From Bacteroidales bacterium (lineage in GTDB: Bacteria > Bacteroidota > Bacteroidia > Bacteroidales > ML635J-15), in NCBI GenBank assembly GCA_963676165.1, contig OY781043.1, positions 3,642,023 through 3,706,022 on the forward strand: a stretch of 64,000 nucleotides of DNA. Reading direction: 5' to 3'. This document shows positions 27,695 through 38,900 of the stretch, in pieces (the stretch's first letter is position 1; every line of letters starts with the position of its first letter). Below the pieces are notes generated by a model. That model did no database searches. It was given only the letters and a program-made list of their open reading frames with translations, and was not told the origin of the DNA. Made by a program: the position numbers and the translations under genes.

Positions 27695-28630
27695 ATGATT
27701 GATGCACTTATACTTATGGCAGGACTCGCCTTACTTGTTTTTAGCGGTGACTGGTTGGTCAGAGGAGGAGCTGCTTTGGCAAAACGCTTTAAAGTATCTC
27801 CACTTGTTATAGGTGTAACTATCGTATCCCTCGGAACCTCTGCGCCCGAACTGGTTGTTAGTTTAAAAGCTGCGCTATCAGGTCATCCAGATATTAGCAT
27901 TGGAAATGTAGTTGGCTCAAACATTGCAAACCTTGCATTGGTTTTAGGAGTAACTGCATTAATTATTACCATACCTGTACGCAAAAAAACTATCCTGTTT
28001 GATTGGTCTGTCATGCTAATTGGAACTTTACTTTTTTTACTTTTCGCATCAACAAATTTAAGTATAGCTCGGTGGGAAGGTTTCATTTTTGTTGGATTAT
28101 TACTTGCTTACATTTTATACAGTTTGATATCCTCTCGAAAAGAAATGAGAGACGAGGCACCTGAAACCCCTCAATATTCCGTTTGGATATCAATACTTAT
28201 CGTTGGTTTAAGTGTTGGTGGTTTAGTTTTCGGATCCGACTTATTGGTCTCCGGAGCAAGCAATATTGCAACTAAACTCGGTGTGAGCGAACGTGTTATC
28301 TCCATTTCCGTGATTGCTTTTGGAACCAGCGTTCCAGAATTAGCAACTTCAGTTATGGCAGCAAGACGCAGAGAACTGGATATCTCTGTCGGAAATCTCA
28401 TTGGATCAAATATTTTTAACTTGTTTGGCATTTTAGGGGTTACATCTGTTGTGACTGACATTCCTGTAAATCAAGCAACTCTCGATTTCGATTGGTTTTG
28501 GATGATAGGCATTTGCTTACTTCTCTTTGTTTTCATGCAACCTATAAAAAATGCAAAAATCCGATGGTGGCATGGCTTAATCCTTCTGACAACCTACCTT
28601 GCATACTATTACATGATTTATTTTGTTTAA
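27695..28630 (+). CDS. CaCA-family cation/Ca2+ exchanger (YrbG-like)
   Basis: 311 aa with two alpha-repeats, GTSAPELVVS and GTSVPELATS. Confidence 0.85.
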   Translation: MIDALILMAGLALLVFSGDWLVRGGAALAKRFKVSPLVIGVTIVSLGTSAPELVVSLKAALSGHPDISIGNVVGSNIANLALVLGVTALIITIPVRKKTILFDWSVMLIGTLLFLLFASTNLSIARWEGFIFVGLLLAYILYSLISSRKEMRDEAPETPQYSVWISILIVGLSVGGLVFGSDLLVSGASNIATKLGVSERVISISVIAFGTSVPELATSVMAARRRELDISVGNLIGSNIFNLFGILGVTSVVTDIPVNQATLDFDWFWMIGICLLLFVFMQPIKNAKIRWWHGLILLTTYLAYYYMIYFV

Positions 28631-28791
28631 GGAATTTTAGAGCAATTATTGCATTCTTTTCTTATCAAATTCATGCATCTATATTATCTTTTTATTATTG
28701 ATTTTTAACAATTTGAGTTCGAATAGAAATTTTTCCTAACTTTGAGGTTCTAAATTTTTACGAAAAATAGGGTTTTATAAAAAATAATCGA

Positions 28792-31311
28792 ATGAGAATT
28801 TTATTATCAACATTGGTTGCAATGCTTGTTGCGACACAAGTTTTTGCACAAACAGAAACTGAAGACAGTGTCAAAAATGATGCTGAAGGGGTGTTGGATG
28901 ATGTTGCCGTATTAACATTGTCCTCTGAAGATTTAAATGCAGATCAGCAATCACAAGACATTTCTGGACTGCTAAGTTCATCAAGAGATGTGTTTGTTTC
29001 GCGCGCTGCATACACATTTAGCCAGGCACGTTTTAGAATGCGTGGTTACGACGGAAGATACACAAAAGTCAGCCTGAATAACATGGAAATGAATAACATG
29101 GAATCAGGACGTGCGTATTGGAGTAACTGGGGTGGACTAAACGATGTGTTCCGTTACAAAGACATTAAAAACGGACTGGAAGCCAACGATTATGGCTTTG
29201 GTGGTATCGGAGGGATGACAGACATTTCATTGCGTGCTTCCAAAGACAGAGCACAAACAAGTGTCACTTATTCATTAGCAAACAAAAGTTACGCTAATCG
29301 TATCATGCTAACACACAGTACCGGTTTAATGGACAATGGATGGGCATTTACTGTTTCAGCGTCAAAACGTTGGGCTCAACAAGGATATGTCGAAGGAACT
29401 TTCTATGATGCTTATGGATATTTCTTGTCTGCTGAAAAGAAAATTAACGATAAGCATTCCATTGGTCTTGTAGGTTTTGGCGCTCCTTCACGAAGAGGAA
29501 AGGCAGGAGCAACAACTCAAGAAGCTTACGACTTATCCGGAAATAACTTTTATAACCCTTATTGGGGTTACCAAGATGGAGAAATGCGTAATTCAAGACA
29601 AAGTAACTACCATAAGCCCAAAGTTTTATTAAACCATTACTGGGATATTGATGAAAATCAGAAATTAACCTCAGGTTTGAATGTTACTTTTGGTCGCGGA
29701 GGTTCTACTCGCCTTAACTGGTATGATGCATCAGATCCACGTCCGGATTACTACAAAAAACTTCCTTCCTATTGGACAGATGATCCTGCAATGTTTGACT
29801 ATTATACCAATTTGTGGCAAAACAATCCTGAAGCAACTCAACTTGATTGGGATGAGTTTTATTTCGCAAACAGCAAGAACCTTTACACTGTAAATAATGT
29901 AGGCGGTGAAATCGGAAATGATATTACCGGAAACAGAGCAAAATATATGTTGGAAGAAGCACGTACAGACATTATGCAATATGGTGCAAATTCAACCTAT
30001 TCAAACACACTCAGTGAAAATATTAAACTGATTGCAGCAGCAAATCTTAGATGGTATAAAGGACATCATTACCAAACGGTATTTGATTTGCTAGGCGCTG
30101 ATTATTGGTTGGATATTGACCAATTTGCTGAACGCGATTTTGCTGATGAAGACATTGCTCAAAATGACCTTGATAATCCAAACAACGTTGCTGTTGAAGG
30201 TGATATGATTGGATATGATTACACTGCAAACATCAATATGTATGATGTGTTTGGACAAGCAGAATTTACCTATTCAAAAATTGACGCCTTCGCTTCAGCG
30301 AAACTTGCTTATTCAGAATTCTGGAGAACAGGTAATCGCAGAAACGGTAAATTTCCTACCGAGTCATTTGGCGATGCTCCAAAAAATCAATTCCTTGACT
30401 ATGCAGTAAAAGCTGGTCTTACCTATAAAATTACTGGACGTCATTTCTTAGTTCTAAACGCTGCTGCTTTAACAGAAGCTCCTTATTTCTGGGATTCTTA
30501 TGTTTCTGCTCGTACACGTAACCATGTTGTCAATAACTTAGTAAGTGAAAAAATTATGACAGCTGATTTGAGCTATGTATGGAAATCTCCTTATGTTGAT
30601 GCTCGTTTAACTGGATATTACACCAGTTTTAAAGATGGAATCAAAACCCGTGCTTTCTATCATGATGAACTCAATTCTTTTGTGAATTATAGCATGACAG
30701 GAATTGACAAATTAAATTATGGTGCTGAGTTTGGCTTGGACGTGAAATTAACTCCAACTATCTCTATGAACGCTGCTGCTAGTTGGGCTAGATTCCTTTA
30801 CAACTCTCGTCCACAAGTAACTATCACACAAGATAACGATTCTGAACTTATTGCTGAAGATCGTACCGTTTACATCGAAAATTATCACGTAGGAAACATG
30901 CCAGAACTTGCTGCAAGTGTTGGAATCAAATACAACTCACCAAAATATTGGTTCGCAGGTGTTGACTTGAACTATTTCGATAATATTTATCTTGATTTTA
31001 GTCCTGACCGTCGTACTGAAGAAGCCTTGACTTATTATGTTGAATCTGATCCACAATGGAACCAAATGCTGGAACAAATTCAAGTTGAAGGTGGCTATAC
31101 CTTAAATTTCTTTGGTGGTAAATCTTTCCGTTTTGGTGATTACAGTGCAGGTTTCACATTAAGTGTTAACAACATTCTCAATACTACCGATTTTATTATC
31201 GGAGGTTATGAGCAATACCGTTATGACACTGGAAACATTGACAAATTTCCACCAAAATATTTCTACATGTATGGCAGAACTTATTTCTTAAACATGTACT
31301 TCAGATTTTAA
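28792..31311 (+). CDS. TonB-dependent-receptor-like outer-membrane beta-barrel
   Basis: Signal peptide. TonB-box-like DDVAVLTL. Plug-like block SSSRDVFVSRAAYTFSQARFRMRGYDGRYTKVSLNNMEMNN. About 700 aa of alternating-pattern barrel ending in the aromatic terminus YFLNMYFRF. Confidence 0.7.
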   Translation: MRILLSTLVAMLVATQVFAQTETEDSVKNDAEGVLDDVAVLTLSSEDLNADQQSQDISGLLSSSRDVFVSRAAYTFSQARFRMRGYDGRYTKVSLNNMEMNNMESGRAYWSNWGGLNDVFRYKDIKNGLEANDYGFGGIGGMTDISLRASKDRAQTSVTYSLANKSYANRIMLTHSTGLMDNGWAFTVSASKRWAQQGYVEGTFYDAYGYFLSAEKKINDKHSIGLVGFGAPSRRGKAGATTQEAYDLSGNNFYNPYWGYQDGEMRNSRQSNYHKPKVLLNHYWDIDENQKLTSGLNVTFGRGGSTRLNWYDASDPRPDYYKKLPSYWTDDPAMFDYYTNLWQNNPEATQLDWDEFYFANSKNLYTVNNVGGEIGNDITGNRAKYMLEEARTDIMQYGANSTYSNTLSENIKLIAAANLRWYKGHHYQTVFDLLGADYWLDIDQFAERDFADEDIAQNDLDNPNNVAVEGDMIGYDYTANINMYDVFGQAEFTYSKIDAFASAKLAYSEFWRTGNRRNGKFPTESFGDAPKNQFLDYAVKAGLTYKITGRHFLVLNAAALTEAPYFWDSYVSARTRNHVVNNLVSEKIMTADLSYVWKSPYVDARLTGYYTSFKDGIKTRAFYHDELNSFVNYSMTGIDKLNYGAEFGLDVKLTPTISMNAAASWARFLYNSRPQVTITQDNDSELIAEDRTVYIENYHVGNMPELAASVGIKYNSPKYWFAGVDLNYFDNIYLDFSPDRRTEEALTYYVESDPQWNQMLEQIQVEGGYTLNFFGGKSFRFGDYSAGFTLSVNNILNTTDFIIGGYEQYRYDTGNIDKFPPKYFYMYGRTYFLNMYFRF

Positions 31312-31330
31312 TGATTAAAAAGATAGAACA

Positions 31331-32113
31331 ATGAAATATCAATCAATTTTAAAAATCGTAATTTCCTTAGTTATTCTTTCAGGCTTTGTTGCTTGTGAGT
31401 TAGAGTATGATACCCCTCCATTAAATACACTTGATGAGGATAAAATTCTTGAAATTAAGGATTTATATCAAATTTATGCTGACAGTGGCAATAATTATGT
31501 GTTTACCGAAGCCTATAGCTTATATGCAACTGTTACCATGGATGATAATACAGGAAATATTTATAAAGAAGCTTATTTGCAAGACTCAACAGGTGGAATT
31601 AATTTATATCGCTTAGATTATGCTGGACTAACACATATTGGTGATTCTGTGCGTATTAATCTTAAAGATGTTGTTATTACTTACTATGCCGGAAAATTAG
31701 AGTTAGTTTTCGAGGATGTAGAAGACTGTGGAAATCAAATTATTGTCCAAAAGAAGGAACAATATATTGAGCCTGTTGACATCACTCTTGCAGATTTAGT
31801 AACTAACGAATACGATCTTAAATTAGTTCGCTTTTCTAATGTTCAGTTTGCAGATTCAGAATTAGGAAATACTTATGCTGATGCAAATGGTAGCAGTGCT
31901 CAAAGTCGCACGCTGGAAGATTGTGAAGGAAACAGCATCGTTATTCGTACGAGTGATTATTCTGATTTTGCTCGTGATACACTTCCTGAAGGAAATGGAA
32001 GCATTATTGGAATTTCTACAACTTATATCAATCCATACAATGGTGATGTAACACGTCAATTGCTAATTCGAACTACCGACGAAGTAATTTTTGACGCAGA
32101 ACGTTGCGAATAA
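31331..32113 (+). CDS. Lipoprotein, paralog 1 (OB-fold-like domain pair; possibly DUF5689-type)
   Basis: Lipobox SGFVAC. It shares long blocks with the next gene (TMDDxxGNIYKxAYxQDxTGxINL, KLVRx..VQF, RTLEDCxGNxIxxRTSxYxDFA, PEGxGS). The family name is from memory only. Confidence 0.55.
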   Translation: MKYQSILKIVISLVILSGFVACELEYDTPPLNTLDEDKILEIKDLYQIYADSGNNYVFTEAYSLYATVTMDDNTGNIYKEAYLQDSTGGINLYRLDYAGLTHIGDSVRINLKDVVITYYAGKLELVFEDVEDCGNQIIVQKKEQYIEPVDITLADLVTNEYDLKLVRFSNVQFADSELGNTYADANGSSAQSRTLEDCEGNSIVIRTSDYSDFARDTLPEGNGSIIGISTTYINPYNGDVTRQLLIRTTDEVIFDAERCE

Positions 32114-32155
32114 CAATAAAGATTTGATCATTAACAAGTAAATACCGTGAAAACA

Positions 32156-33421
32156 ATGAAATATTTATCAATTAGTTTAATCATTATTCTCAGCATACTG
32201 GGATTAAATAGCTGCATTCACAGCGATTTTGACAAGCCGGAAATTCCAGACATGCCAGCAGGTACTGTTCTGACACTTTCTGATCTTAGACAAATTTATT
32301 TTGACTCTGTCGTCTCTGGTGTGCATCCTGAAGGATACAAATTCACTGAAAATTATTCCGTGTACTGCGTTTGTACTATGGACGATAAAAGTGGTAATAT
32401 TTATAAATCTGCTTATGTGCAGGATGAAACTGGAGCTATAAATCTTCATCTAATGTCTTCAGGAGGAATTTATCAAGGTGACTCTATTCGCCTAGATCTT
32501 GAAGGCCTTATTTTGGGAGATTACGAAGAAATGCTTCAGCTTGATTCCGTTGATGTTGATCATAACATGTACAAAATTGCAACCCAGAAAGATAGAGAAC
32601 CAGAAACTGTTACCATACCACAAATCCAAACTGGAAATTATCAAGCAAAACTCGTTCGCATTGAAGGAGTACAGTTTGTAAGTTCTGAAGTTGGATTAAC
32701 TTGGGCAAATGCGGAAGGTTTAGAAACGCTTAATCGCACTCTTGAAGATTGTAATGGAAATACTATTCTTGTTCGCACAAGTGGATATGCTGATTTTGCT
32801 GCCCAACAAATTCCAGAAGGAAAAGGTTCTGTTGTTGCTGTTGTCGGTCAATTCCGCGACGACTGGCAATTAGCTGTACGTAGTACTTTTGAAGTGGAAA
32901 TGGATGGATACCGTTGTGGCACTCCTCTTTATGAGCAAAACTTTGATGAGGTTGTCAATGGTGAGAATGTTGCATTAACTGACTGGAAAAACATTGCTAC
33001 AGATGGTGATGTGCTTTGGAAAGGACTAAATACAACAAGCTTAACTGCTGCAACATTAACTCCTTCCATTGCTGAAATGGTTCAAAACTCTTGGCTCATT
33101 ACTCCTGCTGTTGAAATCCCAGAAGGAGAATCTGCAGCCTTGGAATTCCAAACAAGAGCAGCTAATGACCGTGGTGGCGTACTCAAGGTAATGGTTTCTA
33201 TGGACTATGATGGAGGTGATGATCCTACAACTGCAACCTGGACAGAATTGTCAGCAAACATTTGTGATGCTCCTGTGAGCGGTTATGGTGATTGGACTGA
33301 TAGTGGATTTATTAGCTTAGCTGACTTCTCCGGAAGTATTTATGTTGCCTTTAAATATGAAGGTACTGACAGTATGACAACTCAGTTCTTCCTTGATTCT
33401 TTGCTTATTTCATTGGATTAA
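32156..33421 (+). CDS. Lipoprotein, paralog 2, with extra C-terminal beta-sandwich (choice-of-anchor-J-like) domain
   Basis: Lipobox LGLNSC. The N-terminal 250 aa is paralogous to 31331-32113. The C-terminal ~160 aa (EQNFDE...WKNIATDGDVLWK...GSIYVAFKYEG...FFLDSLLIS) resembles the MAM/CoA-J-type domain. I prefer the ATG at 32156 to the track's GTG at 32147. Confidence 0.55.
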   Translation: MKYLSISLIIILSILGLNSCIHSDFDKPEIPDMPAGTVLTLSDLRQIYFDSVVSGVHPEGYKFTENYSVYCVCTMDDKSGNIYKSAYVQDETGAINLHLMSSGGIYQGDSIRLDLEGLILGDYEEMLQLDSVDVDHNMYKIATQKDREPETVTIPQIQTGNYQAKLVRIEGVQFVSSEVGLTWANAEGLETLNRTLEDCNGNTILVRTSGYADFAAQQIPEGKGSVVAVVGQFRDDWQLAVRSTFEVEMDGYRCGTPLYEQNFDEVVNGENVALTDWKNIATDGDVLWKGLNTTSLTAATLTPSIAEMVQNSWLITPAVEIPEGESAALEFQTRAANDRGGVLKVMVSMDYDGGDDPTTATWTELSANICDAPVSGYGDWTDSGFISLADFSGSIYVAFKYEGTDSMTTQFFLDSLLISLD

Positions 33422-33448
33422 GAAAGTAAATTATTTACATAAGAAAAC

Positions 33449-33481
33449 CGCAGAATGAAATTAACATTCTGCGGTTTTTTC
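33449..33481 (+). terminator. Rho-independent terminator of the receptor/lipoprotein operon
   Basis: CCGCAGAATG-aaattaa-CATTCTGCGG followed by T6. Confidence 0.75.
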
Positions 33482-33601
33482 TGTTTTAGACACTTCTATT
33501 ATAAAGAAATTTCTGTTGCTAGCCGAACTAGTTCCTCTGCAAGTAGGTTTTCTGTGAAACCTCAAATCGTTTCTTTTTCCCGATACTGAAAGTAATACCA
33601 A

Positions 33602-34165
33602 TTAAACCTGAACGTGAGCCTTAAAATTATTAACATATTTCTCATCGTGAGTTATTGACATGACAATTTGTTGATTCATTGAATGGCAAATAAAGTCTTC
33701 CAACCAATCACTGACCTGTTGTATTGAACCGAATGCGATATTTTTAAAGCGCTGTTTAATGTATGCCCATATTTTTTCGCAAGGATTTAATTCCGGCGAG
33801 TATGGTGGAATTCTTATAAAGCATATGTTTTCGGGGAGCTTGTATTTTTGTAATGAATGAAAGCCGGCGTTGTCAATGACCACTATCTTAAATTCATTTG
33901 ACCTGTGTCCTGATAATGCTAAAATGTATTTGTAAAAAGCCTCACTACTAACACAAGGGATTCAAAAACAAATGAATCCCCGTCAATTGGAGAAAAGGCA
34001 CCATATAAGTATGTATTCTGAAATGCATGCCGGTAGGTAGCGATTGGTTTTATACCTCTTGCTGTTAAACATTTTCCCACGTGGGTCATTAGCCCAAACC
34101 TACTCTCATCCTGAAAGTAAAGATTGACCGACTTGTATTTATTTTTATTTAAACTTGTTCTAATC
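33602..34165 (-). pseudogene. ISb transposase DDE part, frameshifted
   Basis: It reads KLPETFNQIRTSLNKNKYKSVNLYFQDESRFGLMTHVGKCLTARGIKPIATYRHAFQNTYLYGAFSPIDGDSFVFE, then shifts frame at GAA(A)TC (about 33958-33962), then IPCVSSEAFYKYILALSGHRSNEFKIVVIDNAGFHS...PPYSPELNPCEKIW. Confidence 0.7.
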
Positions 34166-34672
34166 TGATTGAATGTCTCCGGGAGTTTTTAAAAAGGCTT
34201 CAATAGCCTGTTCATCTTTTTTGTAATGGGATTTACGTGGTGATTTCAGTTTTGTCTTGAAATTAGTTCGTAAATATTGCCGTAGAGTATGATATTTGAT
34301 ATCTACTCCAAATTCACTTTTTACCCATTCAACGGCTTGCCAATACCCTAACAATGGATTGGTTCCGGAGTGGAGTTTTTTCTCTAATGCCAAATGTATA
34401 TGCGCCGGGATATTACTTTTGCTGCCCCCAATCTTTGGTCGCTGAATGAATTTTTCAAAACCTTCTTCTCTATACTTTTTATACCACCGCTTTAACGTGG
34501 AATAGCCGATACAGAGCTCATCAGCAATATCTGATTGTCTTTTGCATGGGTTTTCCTTTAGAATCACCAGGCTCCTAATTCGCTGTGAAACATAACTGTC
34601 CTTTGTCGCTTTGATTTTTTTACGTAAAAATCCAAGATCTTCTTTTACATGTATTCTACTTTTAAATGACAT
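34160..34672 (-). CDS. ISb transposase OrfA (HTH domains)
   Basis: 170-aa ORF, clearly homologous to ISa orfA by eye (identity not computed) (...LLGYWQAVEWVKSEFGVDIKYHTLRQYLRTNFKTKLKSPRKSHYKKDEQAIEAF). Confidence 0.7.
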   Translation of the reverse strand: MSFKSRIHVKEDLGFLRKKIKATKDSYVSQRIRSLVILKENPCKRQSDIADELCIGYSTLKRWYKKYREEGFEKFIQRPKIGGSKSNIPAHIHLALEKKLHSGTNPLLGYWQAVEWVKSEFGVDIKYHTLRQYLRTNFKTKLKSPRKSHYKKDEQAIEAFLKTPGDIQSD

Positions 34673-34708
34673 GCTTCTAAGATAATGCTTTTAAAGCTCA
34701 TTAACAAA

Positions 34709-35221
34709 TTAAATTGGTATTAAATATTTTTCATTGAGGGTTATTGACATTATTTGTTTTTCTGTCATTTGGTTTACACTTGTTGCCAACCAATCTTTTA
34801 CGTTTTTCATCGTTTCAAAAGTGTGATTTTTGAACCTTGATTTGATGTGTTGCCATATTGAATGAACCCCTGCATTGTCAATAACCACAATTTTATATTC
34901 TGTCTCACGATGTTTGGAAAAAGCCTGTAGGTAAGCCTCAAATATTTTGGTGTCTGTACCATTGATTTCCCATACAAACGAATCTCCATTTACCGGAGAG
35001 TAACTGCTGTACAGATAAGTGTTTTTAAAAGCATGTTGATATTTGACTATCGGCTTAATCCCTTTGGCGGTAAGATATTTGCCTATATGTGTCATTAATC
35101 CGAAACGGCTTTCATCCTGGAAGTACAGGTTTATCCCTGAATACTTATCATTATCCAGACTAATTCTAAGGTCGTTGAATGTCTCTGGCAGTTTTAAAAA
35201 AGGATTCGATAGCCTGTTCAT
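34709..35221 (-). pseudogene. ISa copy C transposase DDE part lacking the catalytic-Glu block
   Basis: It has YFQDESRFG and VVIDNAGVHS, then jumps to IWQHIK. 27 codons (TRNISVPDNILLLNIPPYCPELNPCEK) are missing relative to copy A. The C-terminus is altered by the ISb junction (EKYLIPI*). Confidence 0.75.
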
Positions 35222-35725
35222 CTTTTTTGTAATGGGATTTCCTGGGGCTTTTCAGCTTCGTTTTAAAATGGGTAATTAAGTATTTTCTTAACCAATGGTA
35301 TTTTATTGAAACATTGAATTTTTCTTCAACCCATTGTTGCGCTTCCCAATAGCCTAAAAACGGGGAGTCTGGGCTATTGAGCTTAGCTTCCAGCGCGTCA
35401 TGGATCTCGGGGGTGATGATTTTTGACGCTCTGATTTGCGGTTCGTTTGATATTAATGATATGATCCCTTCTGTCCTGTATTGTGCTAACCAACGTTCTT
35501 GGGTGCGGATGTGGACTCCTAGGTGGTTGGCCAGATCTTGTCGGGTTTTAAACTTAGATGTTTTTAAGTGGATTAAGCAATCCACTCGTTTTTGTTTTGA
35601 CAAAGTAGGCTGTTTTAACCTTAATTTTTTTAGTTCCGGAAGGCTTTCTTTTATATTAAATTGTACTGGGTTTTTCATGCCTAAATATACCAATTATCTG
35701 CGGCATATCAAAGTTAAATTGGTAT
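34721..35725 (-). mobile_element. IS630-family element 'ISa', copy C (right end replaced by the ISb insertion; same 81-bp deletion as copy B)
   Basis: The left end is ATACCAATTTAAC (rc of 35713-35725). The sequence is near-identical to copy B, including the deletion junction GGGGTTCATTCAATATGGCAAC. At the 3' side it stops at ...AAATATTTA, directly abutting the ISb left end. Confidence 0.8.
35166..35693 (-). CDS. ISa copy C transposase OrfA (intact HTH part)
   Basis: 175-aa ORF. It keeps TGG where copy B has TGA (QERWLAQYRTEG). Confidence 0.7.
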   Translation of the reverse strand: MVYLGMKNPVQFNIKESLPELKKLRLKQPTLSKQKRVDCLIHLKTSKFKTRQDLANHLGVHIRTQERWLAQYRTEGIISLISNEPQIRASKIITPEIHDALEAKLNSPDSPFLGYWEAQQWVEEKFNVSIKYHWLRKYLITHFKTKLKSPRKSHYKKDEQAIESFFKTARDIQRP

Positions 35726-35950
35726 TAGTTAAATATAATTAAAACCTTGCTTTCTTGCAAATTTTTAAGCCTTTTCTTACGTCGAACTCACGTTATTAAG
35801 GTTATTAGACAGTCTGGCGTGGTGGCGAAAATTTTCTGCTCAATGTCTTGCTAAGCAATGGATGCGCGAAAGAATGCGAGGCTTTGAGCCTAGAAAATGT
35901 CGTGTCATTGTGTGTTCGCATACTTGCGAAAAAACTCCTGTCTCTGCCAC

Positions 35951-38900
35951 TTATCTCATTAAGTACATCTTACCGATTTCTTGTTTGAAATAGTTATCTG
36001 CTTCGTTTGAGCGATGTTCAATGTTTTCGCCTTGAATCTTTGTTTTCACACGATAGAAATACACACCGTTTGCCAGTTGGTCGCCATACATATCAGTTCC
36101 GTCCCACGCATATTCTGTGATGTTTCTACCAATATGAATCGGACCAAGTTCATTTTGATCAATTACTTTCACCAATTTGCCTGTGACAGTATATATTTCA
36201 ATGCGAATTTCGTCTGGAACAACAGAGCCCGTGAGCTCGAAAACAAAACGTGTTGAGCTCGAAAATGGATTGGGATAATTCAGTATATGAGTGATACTAG
36301 ATTGTGTAATCACTTCAAAACTGATGGTAAAATCGTAATCTCCAGATTCATTTCCAGAGGCATCAGTCGCCTGAACTCTGAGTTGGTACATTCCATCTTC
36401 ATCAAATTCTGGGCGATAATCAATCCGGAATTTATTTTCTGGCAGGACTCCTGGCGTCCACTTTAGCACTTCATTTCCAAGACTATCTCTAAAGAAAATC
36501 CGTTTTTCTGTCCCAGTGTTTAAATTGGTGAGATAGACTCTAAATAAGGACGTATCATTCAATGCTAAATATGGGTTTTCATCGTTAAGACTGATGAGAA
36601 TTTCGGGTTTTGCAGAAACAATATCACCATCGAGAATACGAACACCATCAAAGGTAACATCCAATATAGGATTTTCTTCATCTCCCTCAACGACAAAGAA
36701 ATACTGAGCAATATTGTTAAAGTGGTATTGCTCTGCTTGATCATAATTGCCACTTTCTGTTGTTGGATTGTATTCTACCCAAATGGAATTTAAACCGTGC
36801 AAATCAATGGTGTTGAGTGTGATGGTATCGATTAAAATATCACCTGCAGGGTGAGGTCTTAATCGTCGTGACTCCAAATCAATCACCTCATTATCATCTG
36901 TTTGCAACCAGTATTTAACAAGCATTGAATCCATTCCATGCATACTGATATTCTCTGTTGCTAGCGCAAACTCAAAGTTTTCACCTTTCAAAACCGTATC
37001 TCCACTGATGTAAAATCCAGCTTGAGGATTAATGGCTGTTTCTGGAATACCTGTATGCCTGAGCTGCCATTTGTCAATTTGACCAGGAGTTTTGACTGAA
37101 TCGTCTTGTGTACGGAAACGCAATTTTAGATATGGATATTCAGACGCTGAGATTACTTCATTAAGCATATATACTTCGTAAGTTGGAGGCAAAATGGTAT
37201 CAATAGGACTTTCCTCGAGGCTAACAGGATCATAAGCTAGAATTTCGAGTTGTGATTCATCATGATCCGGGTCATCTTCACTGTTTTGCATCCAGTGCAG
37301 GGAGCTCCAATTGTTGGATGGACCAATGACAGTGCTGCTAATTGTTCCATAATTGAAAGCAGAAAATAAGTCATAATAAAAATCGATTTCTTCTTCAGGA
37401 TAATCGGCCACCACTTCTTCCGCAACAGATGGATTCCCCTTCTGACAGAAGAAAATATAAGGAATGTCATTAGAGACGGTTCGGATTTCTGTAGCTCCTA
37501 AGCTTTCAAACGTAGTATATAACTCTTCAGGCCAGCTTTCGAAGTATCCATCTTCCCAGGAATAAACGAGAATATAATGTCCATCAGGCACATGATTAAT
37601 TAACATGTCATTCATAGCACCCATTGTCTCTTCATTAAAATCATCAGCACTTCCCGTACTGAATACAAAAAACGACCCTGGTGAACCTTGAGTAGAACAT
37701 TTGGGATAATTTCTATGTCCAAAATCTTCATAATCTGATGACCATCCACGCAATTCAACAGGGTCTATGACTACGACAATCATAGCGGGTGGTGTATGAC
37801 AACATCCAACGTCACCTAAACCATCCCCAATGACACCGTCAATAGCCCAAAGAACATCAGAAAAAGTTTGTGTCCAGAGAATACCTTGATTGTGAACATG
37901 CAACTCTCTAGCAGTTTCAACATAGGTATAATCTCTTGTATCACGATTATAATTGATGAAATCGTAATCGTCTTTTTTGAATTGGAAAAAGTGAGCTTGT
38001 GACCATCCTTCCTCTCCCGGAATATAGATAAATGAACTCTCATTCCACTGAATAGAATCTGGATTTGGATGCGATGCCGCCACTTGCCAATAATACACAG
38101 TATTGTTGTCTAAACTCGTAGGTGGAGTCCACTCTACCACACCTCCCGGAGATGTTACCGTTCCTGAATACAGAGGGGCGCCAAGATTAGAGTTGAACAA
38201 ATCTGTTGTGTCCATTTCAAAGAAATATTCCATCTCAGTCGCAAAAGGCATTCCTGTTGATGCTTTCAATGTCGGTGTAGCATCAGGATAAATTGCATAT
38301 TCGTATGGGTAAATTGGGAAAAGTCGACTGGAGCTAATAAGAAAGTTCAAATCAATATTATTGTTCAGCTCATTCATTTCTTCAATTTCATCGTAATAAT
38401 CCAAACGGATACTTAGTTGATTTAAACCTGGACCTTTTTCAGTGTTAACTGGCAATTTGAAAGTAATCGTGTCACGATAATAAGAGTAAGTTCTTGCAAT
38501 ATCAAGACTTTCCATACTATTATCTGGGTAACGACGCTCAACATGCACCAAAAAACTATCTTGAAATGCTCTACCAATGTTACGAACTGTTAAGTGCACT
38601 AAAAAACTATCCAGCACAGTCGTAATTTCTTCGGGATCAAACTGGATATCATTACTTTCTACAATTAAATCAGGTAGATCAGCATGATTTAACATAATAG
38701 CCGGGTCTCCATGCAATGTCATTTCATGACATGTTGCTTCCAATTGAATATTTGTTGTACTTACAAATTGAGATTCCACAATGGCTTGTTTCTGTTGATA
38801 TCCCAATGGAGTACCGTAATTTTTATACGCCATTTGTTCGTATAAATTCTCCGTGTAAACATTTAGGTAAGATGGTAAACCCTGACCAACACTCGCCATA

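Larger units (their letters stand above)
33595..34720 (-). mobile_element. IS630-family element 'ISb' (second, related element; full length, frameshifted)
   Basis: The ends read on the minus strand as ATACCAATTTAATTTG (left, 34720) and TTTAATTGGTAT (right, 33595). orfA is intact. The DDE region has a 1-nt deletion. Confidence 0.8.
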
